Assembly: GCA_945860415.1 (NCBI GenBank)
Contig: CAMAQA010000006.1
Location: 959 to 64,958, forward strand
Length of the DNA stretch: 64,000 nt
Direction: 5' to 3'
Source: Bacteriovorax stolpii
GTDB taxonomy: Bacteria > Bdellovibrionota > UBA1018
The notes beneath the pieces were generated by a model. That model did not search any database. It saw only the letters and a program-made list of their open reading frames with translations, and was not told the origin of the DNA. A program made the position numbers and the translations under genes. This document shows, one piece after another, positions 1 through 8,805 of the stretch (position 1 is its first letter; the number at the start of each line of letters is the position of its first letter).

Positions 1-304
1 TATCGACCGTTTTCTGACCGAGAATTCGTTCAAGTCTTCGGATCTTGGCTTCGAGCTCACGAACCTGGCTTTCCGGAATCACCTTTTCTTCAGAGCCAAC
101 AGCAGTCAGTGCGCCTTCTTCCATTCTTCGCCTCCAGTAAAATAACTGGCTTGGCGGAATACCATGCCTACGCGCAACCAGGGAAACAGTTACTCCTGGC
201 TCGTAAGTCTCCTGAACGATGTGCTTTTTCTCGGCAGGAGCCCACCGCCGGCGTCGTTCCTTGGAGGTCATCACCTCGATTTGTTCCCGCTTATTACTAG
301 TCAT
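1..304 (-). CDS. IS3/IS66-family transposase accessory protein OrfA (Transposase_8-type HTH), 5' part only. The gene runs off the window start.
   Basis: Minus-strand translation from the ATG at 304 gives MTSNKREQIEVMTSKERRRRWAPAEKKHIVQETYEPGVTVSLVARRHGIPPSQLFYWRRRMEEGAL...ELEAKIRRLERILGQKTVD. The RRRW..EK..IV....G.SV..VARRHG....LF.WRR motif plus a C-terminal leucine-zipper-like coiled coil is typical of IS OrfA/TnpA. It is missing from the ORF track because it is truncated by the window edge. Confidence 0.7.
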   Translation of the reverse strand, partial: MTSNKREQIEVMTSKERRRRWAPAEKKHIVQETYEPGVTVSLVARRHGIPPSQLFYWRRRMEEGALTAVGSEEKVIPESQVRELEAKIRRLERILGQKTVD

Positions 305-330
305 ATTCCTAGTCTTATTCCTATGTCTTA
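1..330 (-). mobile_element. Edge of an insertion sequence whose body lies beyond the window start. The putative IS end is in the AT-rich stretch 305-330.
   Basis: Transposase OrfA fragment; local drop in GC; an imperfect direct repeat TTCCTAGTCTTA / TTCCTATGTCTTA at 305-330 abuts the stop of the neighbouring DUF2442 gene. Confidence 0.45.
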
Positions 331-594
331 GCGACTCAGACTGGGCCGGTCGAAAGCGGGGCTACTACAAAACCAAAGCGAATCTGCACAAAATTCTACT
401 TCACCGGGCCATTCGATAGCGCGCCCATCCCTGGTAATCTTCACTTGTTTAAAGACATCGGGGTTAGCGAGAGACTCCGTAACGGTATCTTTTTCAATTT
501 TGTTCGTAAAATCGATCTCTATGGTTTTTCCGTCGTCGTAATTGATCTTTATTCGAAAGTTAGAAAGGACCTCACAGGATAGGATCTTTCTCAT
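328..594 (-). CDS. DUF2442 family protein
   Basis: MRKILSCEVLSNFRIKINYDDGKTIEIDF...ITRDGRAIEWPGEVEFCADSLW matches the DUF2442 pattern. AAGGAG lies 8 nt upstream of the ATG at 594. The internal Met was chosen rather than the 702 start of the ORF track. Confidence 0.7.
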   Translation of the reverse strand: MRKILSCEVLSNFRIKINYDDGKTIEIDFTNKIEKDTVTESLANPDVFKQVKITRDGRAIEWPGEVEFCADSLWFCSSPAFDRPSLSR

Positions 595-611
595 GGTGCA
601 CTCCTTAAAAT

Positions 612-872
612 TTATTCTAGCGGAGCAATATCGACCGGTTTTTGCTTTTTCACGCAAAGGTCCCAATCGACCATCAGCTCGACCTAGTGAAGAGCCGCCC
701 ATTCAAACACGAGCGACTTTACCCGGTTTGGAAGATTCCCCTCGAGAATCTGAATGGGTGAGATCCCTACAAGAGCCTCAAAATCACCGTAAACGGCGTG
801 AAAATGCGGCGGGTTGTGATCACTGTAAAACATATGAATCGTGATTCCGAAAAATGTCGAAATAGTCGGCAT
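612..872 (-). pseudogene. DUF4160 family gene interrupted by an in-frame TAG (amber) at 684-686. The conserved C-terminal coding sequence continues in frame to a TAA at 612-614.
   Basis: The N-terminus MPTISTFFGITIHMFYSDHNPPHFHAVYGDFEALVGISPIQILEGNLPNRVKSLVFEWAALH has the DUF4160 hallmark HNPPHFHA. Directly after the TAG, the same frame reads VELMVDWDLCVKKQKPVDIAPLE*, which resembles the usual DUF4160 C-terminus (..ELLENWELA....IEPLE). Confidence 0.6.
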
Positions 873-1396
873 TAGACTTGGCCTCTTTTGAGCGATTGCT
901 CGATCTGGTGAGAGATCTCGGCTTGCTCGTTCTTGGAAAAGCCAGGAACCCCACCCCGAACCTCAGGCCAGACCGCCTCGTTGAAGTGACTCCGCAGGGA
1001 GCTTTCACGGGCGCTCGCGATATGACGAACCACTTCAGGAACCAGGGTGCCAAGCTGCTCGGAACTTAACCCCCTCCTCCACTCTGCAAACTCCAGTTCC
1101 ATGAGTTCCCGCTCCTCGGCCTGCCGGCGCTCCTCGATACGTCGTTTGCTTTCGACGTAAAGACGTCTGGCTGCCTCTACAGGGATCTCAAAGTTCTCGG
1201 GTGGGGCATAGAGTACCCCTTTTCGTAAAATGCCCATGAAGAAGCTTATAGGCGGTCCCTTGAGGTTCTGACCCTTCCCGTTCTGCTTCAGGTCAAAGGC
1301 GAAGTGGTGGATGGAATCTTGGACCTCGTCAGGGGTGAGCTTGCCATGACGGGCGAGTTGAACCAGGTGCGCGGGACCGAACCCCACATCGGCCAA
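872..1396 (-). CDS. Hypothetical protein (174 aa), translationally coupled (TAATG overlap) to the downstream DUF4160/DUF2442 pair.
   Basis: Long ORF whose stop overlaps the DUF4160 start by 1 nt. I recognise no domain. Confidence 0.5.
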   Translation of the reverse strand: MADVGFGPAHLVQLARHGKLTPDEVQDSIHHFAFDLKQNGKGQNLKGPPISFFMGILRKGVLYAPPENFEIPVEAARRLYVESKRRIEERRQAEERELMELEFAEWRRGLSSEQLGTLVPEVVRHIASARESSLRSHFNEAVWPEVRGGVPGFSKNEQAEISHQIEQSLKRGQV

Positions 1397-1501
1397 TGGG
1401 GTCAGGTCGACCTCCGCCCATGCGCCGGAAAGTTGTGCAGGCGCGTCATGGAAAAACTCCGGTTCGCCAGTAGTAGTAGTTTTTGAATTCCCTAAATCTA
1501 A

Positions 1502-2173
1502 ATGATTTCCATGCTTCGATCATTGCCGCTGACCGTATGGCTGATTGGCATCATCAGCCTCGTCAATGATAGCGGCAGCGAGCTGCTTTATCCTTTGATT
1601 CCGATTTACCTGTCTTCGGTTCTCATGGCCGGTCCCCGTGCGATGGGCCTCATTGAAGGCGTCGCAGAGTCGACCGAAAGCATCCTGAAGCTCTTCTCGG
1701 GGGTGATCGTGGATCGCTTCCATCGCTTCAAGCCCTGGTTCGTTTTTGGCTACGGTATTGCCGGCGTTGGTCGCCCATTGATTGCTTTCATCACCTCCTG
1801 GCCGATGCTGCTAGTGATTCGATTTGCGGATCGTGTCGGAAAGGAGCTCAGAACATCGCCCCGCGATGCCCTGCTGGCTTCAAGCGTTCCTCCAGAGAGG
1901 CATGGGCTGGCCTTCGGCTTTCACCGTGCCATGGACAATGCCGGAGCAGTGGTTGGTCCTATTACAGCAGCATTCCTTCTCTCGCGCGGCGTTGCACTCC
2001 GAGATCTGTTTCTCTGGTCGGCCATTCCGGCCGCAATCTGCATCATGCTCGCCGTCCTGATTCGAGAAGAGAAGCCGGCGCTCGCGCAGCATCCTGCGCC
2101 GCTGTTTCGCCAGTATGTCGATTCAGCCGGAATCACGGCCGATGATCGACTGGGGGTGCAGGGGATCGGCTAG
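1502..2173 (+). CDS. MFS-type transporter, N-terminal six-helix half only (223 aa). Possibly a truncated remnant.
   Basis: Hydrophobic segments plus MFS motif A (GVIVDRFHRFKPWFVFG). The ORF stops in the central loop and sodB begins 45 nt later, with no continuation in another frame. Confidence 0.55.
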   Translation: MISMLRSLPLTVWLIGIISLVNDSGSELLYPLIPIYLSSVLMAGPRAMGLIEGVAESTESILKLFSGVIVDRFHRFKPWFVFGYGIAGVGRPLIAFITSWPMLLVIRFADRVGKELRTSPRDALLASSVPPERHGLAFGFHRAMDNAGAVVGPITAAFLLSRGVALRDLFLWSAIPAAICIMLAVLIREEKPALAQHPAPLFRQYVDSAGITADDRLGVQGIG

Positions 2174-2217
2174 CCGCTTGCCGGGCGAATGGAGGAGGAC
2201 TTGCAGCACGATACTTC

Positions 2218-2817
2218 ATGAAGCTGCACCAGCTGCCGGAGCTGAAGTATTCGCTTTCCGCGCTCGAGGCCATGGAGTTCCACTATGGGCGCCATCACCA
2301 GGGCTATGTCGACAAGTTGAATGAACTAGTCCGCGGAACGCCGCAGGGCGAGATGAGCCTGACGGAGCTGGTGCGTTCGGCTCCAGAGGGGCCTCTGTAC
2401 AATAATGCCGGCCAGCATTGGAACCACTCCTTCTTCTGGAACAGCCTGACTCCTCGAGCGGCAGTAATTCCTCGAGGTGAACTGCTCCAGGCCATGGAGC
2501 GGGATTTCGGATCGGTTGAGGAGTTCCAGAAGGAGTTTGAACGTCAGGGCGTGGCTCACTTTGGTTCGGGTTGGGTGTGGCTCGTTCGCGAGGATGAAGG
2601 GGGCGGGCTTTCGATCCGGACGACTCACGATGCCGGAAACCCACTCCGTGACGGAGGGGGGCGACCCCTGCTCGTGTGCGACCTTTGGGAGCACGCCTAT
2701 TACATCGACTATCGGAATGAGCGCGCCCGGTACCTCCGGACGTACTGGAGCTTCGTGAACTGGTCCTTTGCACAGGCCTGCTATGAATCGGAGCGCATCC
2801 ATCCTGCCGTGGCTTGA
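2218..2817 (+). CDS. sodB: Fe/Mn superoxide dismutase
   Basis: ELPELKYSLSALE, HHQGYV, NNAGQHWNHSFFW, GSGWVWLV and DLWEHAYYIDYRNERARYL are all classic Fe/Mn-SOD motifs. Confidence 0.95.
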   Translation: MKLHQLPELKYSLSALEAMEFHYGRHHQGYVDKLNELVRGTPQGEMSLTELVRSAPEGPLYNNAGQHWNHSFFWNSLTPRAAVIPRGELLQAMERDFGSVEEFQKEFERQGVAHFGSGWVWLVREDEGGGLSIRTTHDAGNPLRDGGGRPLLVCDLWEHAYYIDYRNERARYLRTYWSFVNWSFAQACYESERIHPAVA

Positions 2818-3727
2818 GCTCTTCGCAGGCCTTCTGGCTGCTGCAGTGCTTGCGCCCGAGTTGAAGCCTGTGCCTGCCTGGCAGGCATCGAAGGGAATCG
2901 CGTATCGACTGAGGAGCCCACCCACATCGACAGGGCAGTCAGGCACCGACTCGGAGCTTCCAGCGCGATCTGTGGCAATCCAAGCGTCAGCCGAAACTGA
3001 TTCCGCACTTCGCGAGGTGCAGGACCGAATCGCTGCCGCCAGCCTGAAGCAGTTCAGTGATGAAAATGAACTTGCACGAATCGAAGACTCTCGCCGGCAG
3101 GACATGGACCGCGCTGCGGAGCTCCGCGCTCGGATCAGCCGGATTTCGCGAGACTTGCTGATCGCCCGCGAGGAGCGTGATTCGGCCTCGCGAGACGTCC
3201 TTGCCAGGCAGGAGCAGAAAGATGCCGTGGTGGAAGCGCAAAGAGTTCGCAGCCAGGGATTGCTGGCAACACTTCAGGCTGATCTGGCCGACAAGAATCT
3301 GGAGCACCGGGTGACCGTCCAGAAGGTCAGAGATCTCGAGTCACAGAACTTCGAGAGCGATGAGCTCGTCTCGGCTCGTGAAAGAGAACGAGTCGTTTCG
3401 GGGGAGCGCGCTCAGCTTGCGGCCCGCGTGGAGGAGCTGCGCACCGAGTTGAGGACGCAGGAGCTCGCGGTCAGTGAGTCGCGGAACTGGGCGCTCGAGC
3501 AGCAAAAGGACGACATCTATCGACAGTATGAGTCCAGGGTCCGAGAGCTCCAGTCGCAGTACGCGGCACTTCAGGAAGAGCTCGATACGATCGAGCTTCG
3601 TCAGGACCAGAGTCGAAGCCAGCTTGCGGAAGTGGATGAGCGTCTGCAGCTCGGACAACAGCAGATCGACGAACTGGAACAGCGCCGAAACGAGATCCTG
3701 ACCCGGATTGCCAACCGGGCTTCCTGA
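2783..3727 (+). CDS. Secreted coiled-coil protein (hypothetical)
   Basis: Signal-peptide-like N-terminus (MNRSASILPWLELFAGLLAAAVLA) followed by a long heptad-rich, E/R/Q-rich sequence. The start is uncertain and overlaps the sodB 3' end. Confidence 0.5.
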   Translation: MNRSASILPWLELFAGLLAAAVLAPELKPVPAWQASKGIAYRLRSPPTSTGQSGTDSELPARSVAIQASAETDSALREVQDRIAAASLKQFSDENELARIEDSRRQDMDRAAELRARISRISRDLLIAREERDSASRDVLARQEQKDAVVEAQRVRSQGLLATLQADLADKNLEHRVTVQKVRDLESQNFESDELVSARERERVVSGERAQLAARVEELRTELRTQELAVSESRNWALEQQKDDIYRQYESRVRELQSQYAALQEELDTIELRQDQSRSQLAEVDERLQLGQQQIDELEQRRNEILTRIANRAS

Positions 3728-3763
3728 TTGCCTTTGCCAGTCTGGCGGCAGAGAATCGGGTCC

Positions 3764-4681
3764 ATGAAATCTCGTTCCTGGATGCTCCTCTCGGCAGTAG
3801 CCTGCTCACTCTTCGCGACCAGCGCTCATGCGCAGCCCCCCGGATATCAGGCCCGCACGGATCGCAGGTACCCGCAGGTCGTGGAATTCCTGAAACGGCT
3901 CGAGTCGAAGCATCCGGGACGAGTGTCGCGATTCGTGCTGGGGAGATCGGATTCCGGGGCGGACATCGAAGGCCTTCGGATTGGAAGTGGGCCGGGCCGT
4001 GGTATGATCGTTGCCACCCACCACGGCAACGAATACGGATCCTCCGAAGTGGCACTTGCCGCGGCTGCCGATCTCTCGGAACAGCCGATCTCGACGATGA
4101 CGGTTTATGTCGTTCCTGTGCTCAATGTCGGTGGCTACAACTCACGATCGCGTGAAGAGAAGGCGTCAGGAAGGTCTCATGATCCGAATCGCGATTATCC
4201 AGGCCCATGCGGCAGCGACAGCGAGTTTGCGCTTCGGTCCACTCGTGCCTTGGCTGAATTCGTTGCACGTGAATCGATCGTGAGCGTGGCCACCCTTCAT
4301 ACCCATTATCCCGCGGTCGTCTACCCCTGGGGCTTCAGTACTCGCGATCTCGAAACCGCGCACCAGGCCGAGTTCGTGAAACTGGTCGAAGCGTCCGTGG
4401 TCGAGAGCCGGTATGAGACGGGCAATTCCAGTACGGTCATTTATCCCGCAAACGGAACCTTCGAGGACTTCGCCTTCTGGAAGCATGGAATCTGGTCGCT
4501 GCTCTTCGAGCTCGGCTTCTCGCACTCTCCTCGGGTTGCCGAAATCGAGGAAATGGTCCGCGTGAATTTTCCTGGGCTCAGATCCCTGATCGAAACTGCG
4601 CCGAAGAGGCGGGCTTCGCGGCATGCGTTCACCGGCAAGTGTGACGACTCGCTTCGGATTCTCGATCGTCGCGACGAATGA
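3764..4681 (+). CDS. M14-family zinc carboxypeptidase, secreted
   Basis: Signal peptide MKSRSWMLLSAVACSLFATSAHA, then VATHHGNEYGS and HDPNRDY motifs typical of M14 metallocarboxypeptidases. Confidence 0.7.
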   Translation: MKSRSWMLLSAVACSLFATSAHAQPPGYQARTDRRYPQVVEFLKRLESKHPGRVSRFVLGRSDSGADIEGLRIGSGPGRGMIVATHHGNEYGSSEVALAAAADLSEQPISTMTVYVVPVLNVGGYNSRSREEKASGRSHDPNRDYPGPCGSDSEFALRSTRALAEFVARESIVSVATLHTHYPAVVYPWGFSTRDLETAHQAEFVKLVEASVVESRYETGNSSTVIYPANGTFEDFAFWKHGIWSLLFELGFSHSPRVAEIEEMVRVNFPGLRSLIETAPKRRASRHAFTGKCDDSLRILDRRDE

Positions 4682-4693
4682 TCGGCGGGATGA

Positions 4694-6088
4694 TCACCCC
4701 TGGTCGTGCGCGAGCGTTCCTCGCGGCGACCTGAGGTACACGAACGGAGTTGCCTCCAGGAAGTGCCCGACCCGCGAAGTGTACACGTCGGCATAGCGCT
4801 CGAGCTGAAACGCCAGGTGACTCTTGTCGTTACCCGCGCGCATCAGGGGCCCCCAGATGGGGTGTCCCAGCTCGGTCGACTGGCGCGCCAATGGGGCAAT
4901 CTTTCGGTCGACCTCTTCGAGCTGGAGCTTCAGCTGCTGCATGCTTGCCTGAGTGGAGGCAGGGTCGCCAACCTGAGGCCCATAGCCCTTTTGGATGCGC
5001 TGCAGATTCAGCCGGAGCGCCGAGTACTGGGCCTCGAGCCGTTCCTTCTCCTTCATCAGTTCCGCCAGGAGCAGCTGGCTGGCGTGAAACGCCTCGGCAG
5101 CGACAATCTCCTCCTCGAGTTCGTTGACGATCAGGGCCGTGCGCCAGCGCAGGATGCTTTTGGTCACCTGGACATCACCAAAGACATGGTCGCCCACATA
5201 GAGAAGCTCGTCGCCGGAAAGCCCCAGGTGGCGTTCCACGGCGCGTGCGCTGCCGCCGAAATACACCGCGCCTTCCTTCAGGTCTCCAACGAAGGGTCGG
5301 AGCAGCCCCTCGCCGTTGACAACCTCAAAGAAGGAATTAGTGGTGGTGAAGAAGTCGGGCTTGCGGGCACTCACGATCACCACGTCAAAGAGCGATCGCC
5401 AGCCCATTCCTTCCGGAAGGAATCGGTCGAAGGCAAAGCTCATCATGTGCTGCGTGTAGCTCCACTCGGAGTTCGTGATCAGGAGAAGCTTCTTTCCGGA
5501 GTGCTTCTGATCGAGAAGCGCGAGCGGGACATCCGGATCAAGCCGGACGAAGTGCTCGGGATGGGCCATGATCTCAGCTTTCAGGCGGCCCTCGGCGTGG
5601 ACGGCATCGAGCGTCCGGCGTACGCGGTGGTAGAGGTCGACATAGCCCAGATGCTCGGGAATCTTTCCTTCGTCGAGAAGGTCGACGAGCTGCGCGTAGA
5701 AGCAGCCTTCTGAGAGCGAGAAAAAAGTATTCAGGAAGATCCATCGCGTTTCATTGAGGTCGACGATCGTGCGTTGATACGCTTCGCGAAGTCCGTCGTA
5801 CTCCAGCAGTTTGGTGCCATGCACGGCACGCTTCACGAAACCAAAGCGATTGGTCTTGAGGATGTTTCCCTTGTGGGCGTCGATGACCAGTCCTCGTCGC
5901 ACGAGGTTCGGATCGAACTGAAGGTGGTCGACCGGCCAGCCTTCCTGGACGAATCGTTCCTTGAGGTACTTGTAGGCGCGCTCCTCCCACTGGTGCACGT
6001 CGTAGTGGATGAGGGTGTAATCCATGTCGTAGCCGACGGCCTGGATGGAGCGCAGATTCAGGGTACGGTTGCAGTAGAGGTGCATCAC
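4694..6088 (-). CDS. HAD-superfamily 5'-nucleotidase (cN-II / PF05761-like)
   Basis: N-terminal NRTLNLRSIQAVGYDMDYTLIHY (DxDxT HAD motif in a cN-II context); 464 aa. Confidence 0.8.
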   Translation of the reverse strand: MMHLYCNRTLNLRSIQAVGYDMDYTLIHYDVHQWEERAYKYLKERFVQEGWPVDHLQFDPNLVRRGLVIDAHKGNILKTNRFGFVKRAVHGTKLLEYDGLREAYQRTIVDLNETRWIFLNTFFSLSEGCFYAQLVDLLDEGKIPEHLGYVDLYHRVRRTLDAVHAEGRLKAEIMAHPEHFVRLDPDVPLALLDQKHSGKKLLLITNSEWSYTQHMMSFAFDRFLPEGMGWRSLFDVVIVSARKPDFFTTTNSFFEVVNGEGLLRPFVGDLKEGAVYFGGSARAVERHLGLSGDELLYVGDHVFGDVQVTKSILRWRTALIVNELEEEIVAAEAFHASQLLLAELMKEKERLEAQYSALRLNLQRIQKGYGPQVGDPASTQASMQQLKLQLEEVDRKIAPLARQSTELGHPIWGPLMRAGNDKSHLAFQLERYADVYTSRVGHFLEATPFVYLRSPRGTLAHDQG

Positions 6089-6144
6089 TGCCGATTCTAG
6101 CGAGAATTTGCGGCCCGGACGAGGACCGTTTTGTCAGGATCGAG

Positions 6145-6705
6145 TCAGTTCTGGAGCTTGAAGACGAAGGATAGATTGAGCTTGCGGTCGGGCAGGGTCC
6201 CCGGTGGCACGTCGAGTCGTGTGGATTCTAGAAAGTTCAGAGCGGCATTGTCCAGGCGAGTGTGGCCGCTGGAGCGGGCGATGGCCACCTCGGCAGCCCT
6301 GCCATCGCCTCTCAGCATGAATTCCAGTGTCACAGTGCCTTCTTCTCCCGCACGACGTGAGAGTGGAGGGTACTGCGGCGCACCCTGTGGTGCCACGAGC
6401 GTTCCTGCGGGCAGGAGTTGTTCTCCGTGCTGACCCACGGTCGCCGCAGGTGGCGATGCGGCAGCTCCTGTTGACTGCGGTGTGCTCATCGAGGGGCGTG
6501 CCCTTTGCCGAGCTTTCCTGGGGGGCGAGTCTGTGCCGCTCGGACCGCTCCATCGCATCTCGACCACTGCCGACGGGTGGGCGGACCCGAGGCGAAACCG
6601 TTGTTCGATCCATCCCCCGCCCAGACCGAGTCCCAGCACCACCACACCTGCGATGAGCAGGTGAGTGATGGCGGATCGGACCAGCGCGAGGGTGAATGGT
6701 TTCAT
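6145..6705 (-). CDS. tonB: Energy transducer TonB
   Basis: N-terminal TM helix, Pro-rich spacer, and a C-terminal TonB_C-like segment (YPPLSRRAGEEGTVTLEFML...DGRAAEVAIARSSGHTRLDNAALNFLE). It lies immediately downstream of the TonB-dependent receptor. Confidence 0.8.
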   Translation of the reverse strand: MKPFTLALVRSAITHLLIAGVVVLGLGLGGGWIEQRFRLGSAHPSAVVEMRWSGPSGTDSPPRKARQRARPSMSTPQSTGAAASPPAATVGQHGEQLLPAGTLVAPQGAPQYPPLSRRAGEEGTVTLEFMLRGDGRAAEVAIARSSGHTRLDNAALNFLESTRLDVPPGTLPDRKLNLSFVFKLQN

Positions 6706-6711
6706 TCGAAC

Positions 6712-8601
6712 TCAGATTTCCTTCTGCAGGCCGACGTACAGCGATCGCCTTGCTGTGCCATATCCGGCGACCTCCTCGTACTCGCGATCCAGCACGTTGT
6801 CGAGCCTTCCGAAGGCCTTGTATCCTCCGCCAATCGTGTAGGAAGCATCAGCATTGAAGACGGTGTAGGAGGGCATGCGGATGGTACTAAAACCCGGGTC
6901 GGTGTCGTTTCTGATGCCGACATAACGGGCATTGATCCCGAAATCGAGGCTCTGGAGTAGCTTGCGGCGAGCGCTCAGGTGCAGGCTTTGTCTGGGACGC
7001 CTGATAAGATCCTCGTTCTTGTCATTGTTCCTCGCCATTAGAAATGTGTGTTGGATCGTCAGGCTGGAGCCCGAGGGTGATGAGTAGCTGAAACTGGTTT
7101 CAAGGCCCTTGTTTGTTGCGGAACCGATGTTCTTGTACTTGAACATATCCGTCGGATCGCCAAGGATGAGATTCGAGAACTGGGATTGGAACCATGTGGT
7201 CTGGAGAGTGAGACCTGGGCCCAAATCCTGTTGCATCGACAGATCATAGCTGAAGCTGGTTTCTGATGAGAGTGAAGGATTGCCGTAAATTGGGGCGTAA
7301 ATCTGATCGAGGCTGGGGATCTTGAATCCTCTTCCCAGGCTTCCCTTGAGCGTTGTCCCAGTACTCTCGAATCGATGCCCCGGGCCCAGTCGGTAAGTCA
7401 GTTGGTTCCCAAAACCGTGAAACCGATCTCCGCGCAGTGCCACGCTGGCGAAGCTGCTTCCTGATTTCCACCTATTCTCGGAAAAAATTCCTGTTACGGA
7501 TTGGCTTACTGACGGCATCGCGCTGATGTAGGCGCCGTACTGGTCGTAAATCGAACCTCGGTCAATTTGGCTGTCGATTCCGATAGTCAGGGTGTTTGAG
7601 TCATTCAGGATGAATTGGTTCAGCTGCTCGAGACGGAATCGAGCGCCATGATAGCGCCCGGTAGCCGAATCGGCATGGATAAGGTCCGGTGCGTTATCAG
7701 TCTTTCGAAAGGTCTTGAAAAAAGAGAGCGCGATCGTCGGTTCCCAGTTGGAGTTTCCTTGGTAGCTCACTTCGGCCCGAGCAGTTCCTTGTGTCTCAAA
7801 CTGAACGTGATTGGGATCATCTCCGCCGCTTCCCCCTGAGAAAGGAAGTTCAGAGCGCGCCTGATATGCCCTTGCCGTGGTCCGAAGGTGCCACGCGTCT
7901 TTCAATTTGGTCTCGGTGGATACAGTTCCTGAAAAGTTTCGGTACCCGCTATTGATGGAGTTGCCGTACCTCGAGGAAGCGGCTGGAAATCCTTCACTCT
8001 CATCGTATCCGAAGTTGAGATTGACTGTACTTAATCCCACCTCTCTCGCTGCGAGTATTGATCCACGTCGAGTATCGAAGGCACCATATTCTCCGAAAAT
8101 CGACGCAGAGTTGCTTTGCTGGCGGCGGGTGATGATGTTGATCACGCCTCCGATGGCATTCGCACCGTGCACTCCGCTCTGTGATCCACTAAGGACTTCA
8201 ATTCGGTCCACCTGTCGAGCGTTGAGCCTGCCAAAGTCATAGCCTCTAGCCGGGCTGGATGGATCGTTCATCACCACTCCGTCGACCATGACGAGTGTCT
8301 GCTGGTATCCTGATCCCCGGATATAAACTTCGGTGAGTCTACCCGGCCCTCCGGAATTCATCACGCTCACTCCAGGGGCCGAACGTAGGAGCTCGAAGAT
8401 CGGTTTGCCGGACTGGCGGTCCGACTCGGTCGGTTCGATTACTGCGATGGACTGAGCAACCTCATCCTGGGGAGTCGTAATGCGGCTTGCCGTAATCACC
8501 ACCGGCTCGAGATTTTCGGTCTCTTCACCGTATGCCTGGGAAAGGGTCGCACAGACCGTGACCGCGCTGATGATGCAGAGCCTGTAGAGAGATCGTTGCA
8601 C
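6712..8601 (-). CDS. btuB: TonB-dependent outer-membrane receptor, inferred cobalamin transporter because a B12 riboswitch sits upstream
   Basis: Signal peptide, plug domain (VVITASRITTPQDEVAQSIAVIE... TEVYIRGSG), 629 aa barrel. GTG start. A cobalamin riboswitch lies in the 5' leader. Confidence 0.8.
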   Translation of the reverse strand: MQRSLYRLCIISAVTVCATLSQAYGEETENLEPVVITASRITTPQDEVAQSIAVIEPTESDRQSGKPIFELLRSAPGVSVMNSGGPGRLTEVYIRGSGYQQTLVMVDGVVMNDPSSPARGYDFGRLNARQVDRIEVLSGSQSGVHGANAIGGVINIITRRQQSNSASIFGEYGAFDTRRGSILAAREVGLSTVNLNFGYDESEGFPAASSRYGNSINSGYRNFSGTVSTETKLKDAWHLRTTARAYQARSELPFSGGSGGDDPNHVQFETQGTARAEVSYQGNSNWEPTIALSFFKTFRKTDNAPDLIHADSATGRYHGARFRLEQLNQFILNDSNTLTIGIDSQIDRGSIYDQYGAYISAMPSVSQSVTGIFSENRWKSGSSFASVALRGDRFHGFGNQLTYRLGPGHRFESTGTTLKGSLGRGFKIPSLDQIYAPIYGNPSLSSETSFSYDLSMQQDLGPGLTLQTTWFQSQFSNLILGDPTDMFKYKNIGSATNKGLETSFSYSSPSGSSLTIQHTFLMARNNDKNEDLIRRPRQSLHLSARRKLLQSLDFGINARYVGIRNDTDPGFSTIRMPSYTVFNADASYTIGGGYKAFGRLDNVLDREYEEVAGYGTARRSLYVGLQKEI

Positions 8602-8609
8602 GCCGTTGC

Positions 8610-8805
8610 CTTTCGTCGTTGCCAGTCACGACGAAAGGAGGTCGAGCGACCTAAAGACGAGGCTCGGTTCCCGGATCCAGAATCCCTTTTCCACGAGGAT
8701 TCGACCCCTGACGTCATTCTGGCAGTGGACCCTGGAGGGCGATCGGACTTTCACCGTTGCGGGCCAGCGCCGGAATTTCACCGGACTTCAGCCGTTCCAG
8801 GACAT
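8610..8805 (-). promoter_or_regulatory. Cobalamin (B12) riboswitch with an RBS-sequestering expression platform, in the btuB leader
   Basis: The minus strand reads ...CCGGTGAAATTCCGGCGCTGGCCCGCAACGGTGAAAGTCCG (8783-8743), matching the conserved GGUGAAAUUCC...GCUGCCCCCGCAACGGUAA core. The B12 box GTCCACTGCC is at 8730-8721. A 10-bp hairpin (CCTTTCGTCG / CGACGAAAGG, forward 8609-8638) can occlude the GAAAGG Shine-Dalgarno 9 nt before the GTG start. Confidence 0.8.

Noticed and set aside
2326-3105. 259-aa minus-strand ORF overlapping sodB and the coiled-coil gene
   Set aside because: It is antisense to the unmistakable SOD motifs.
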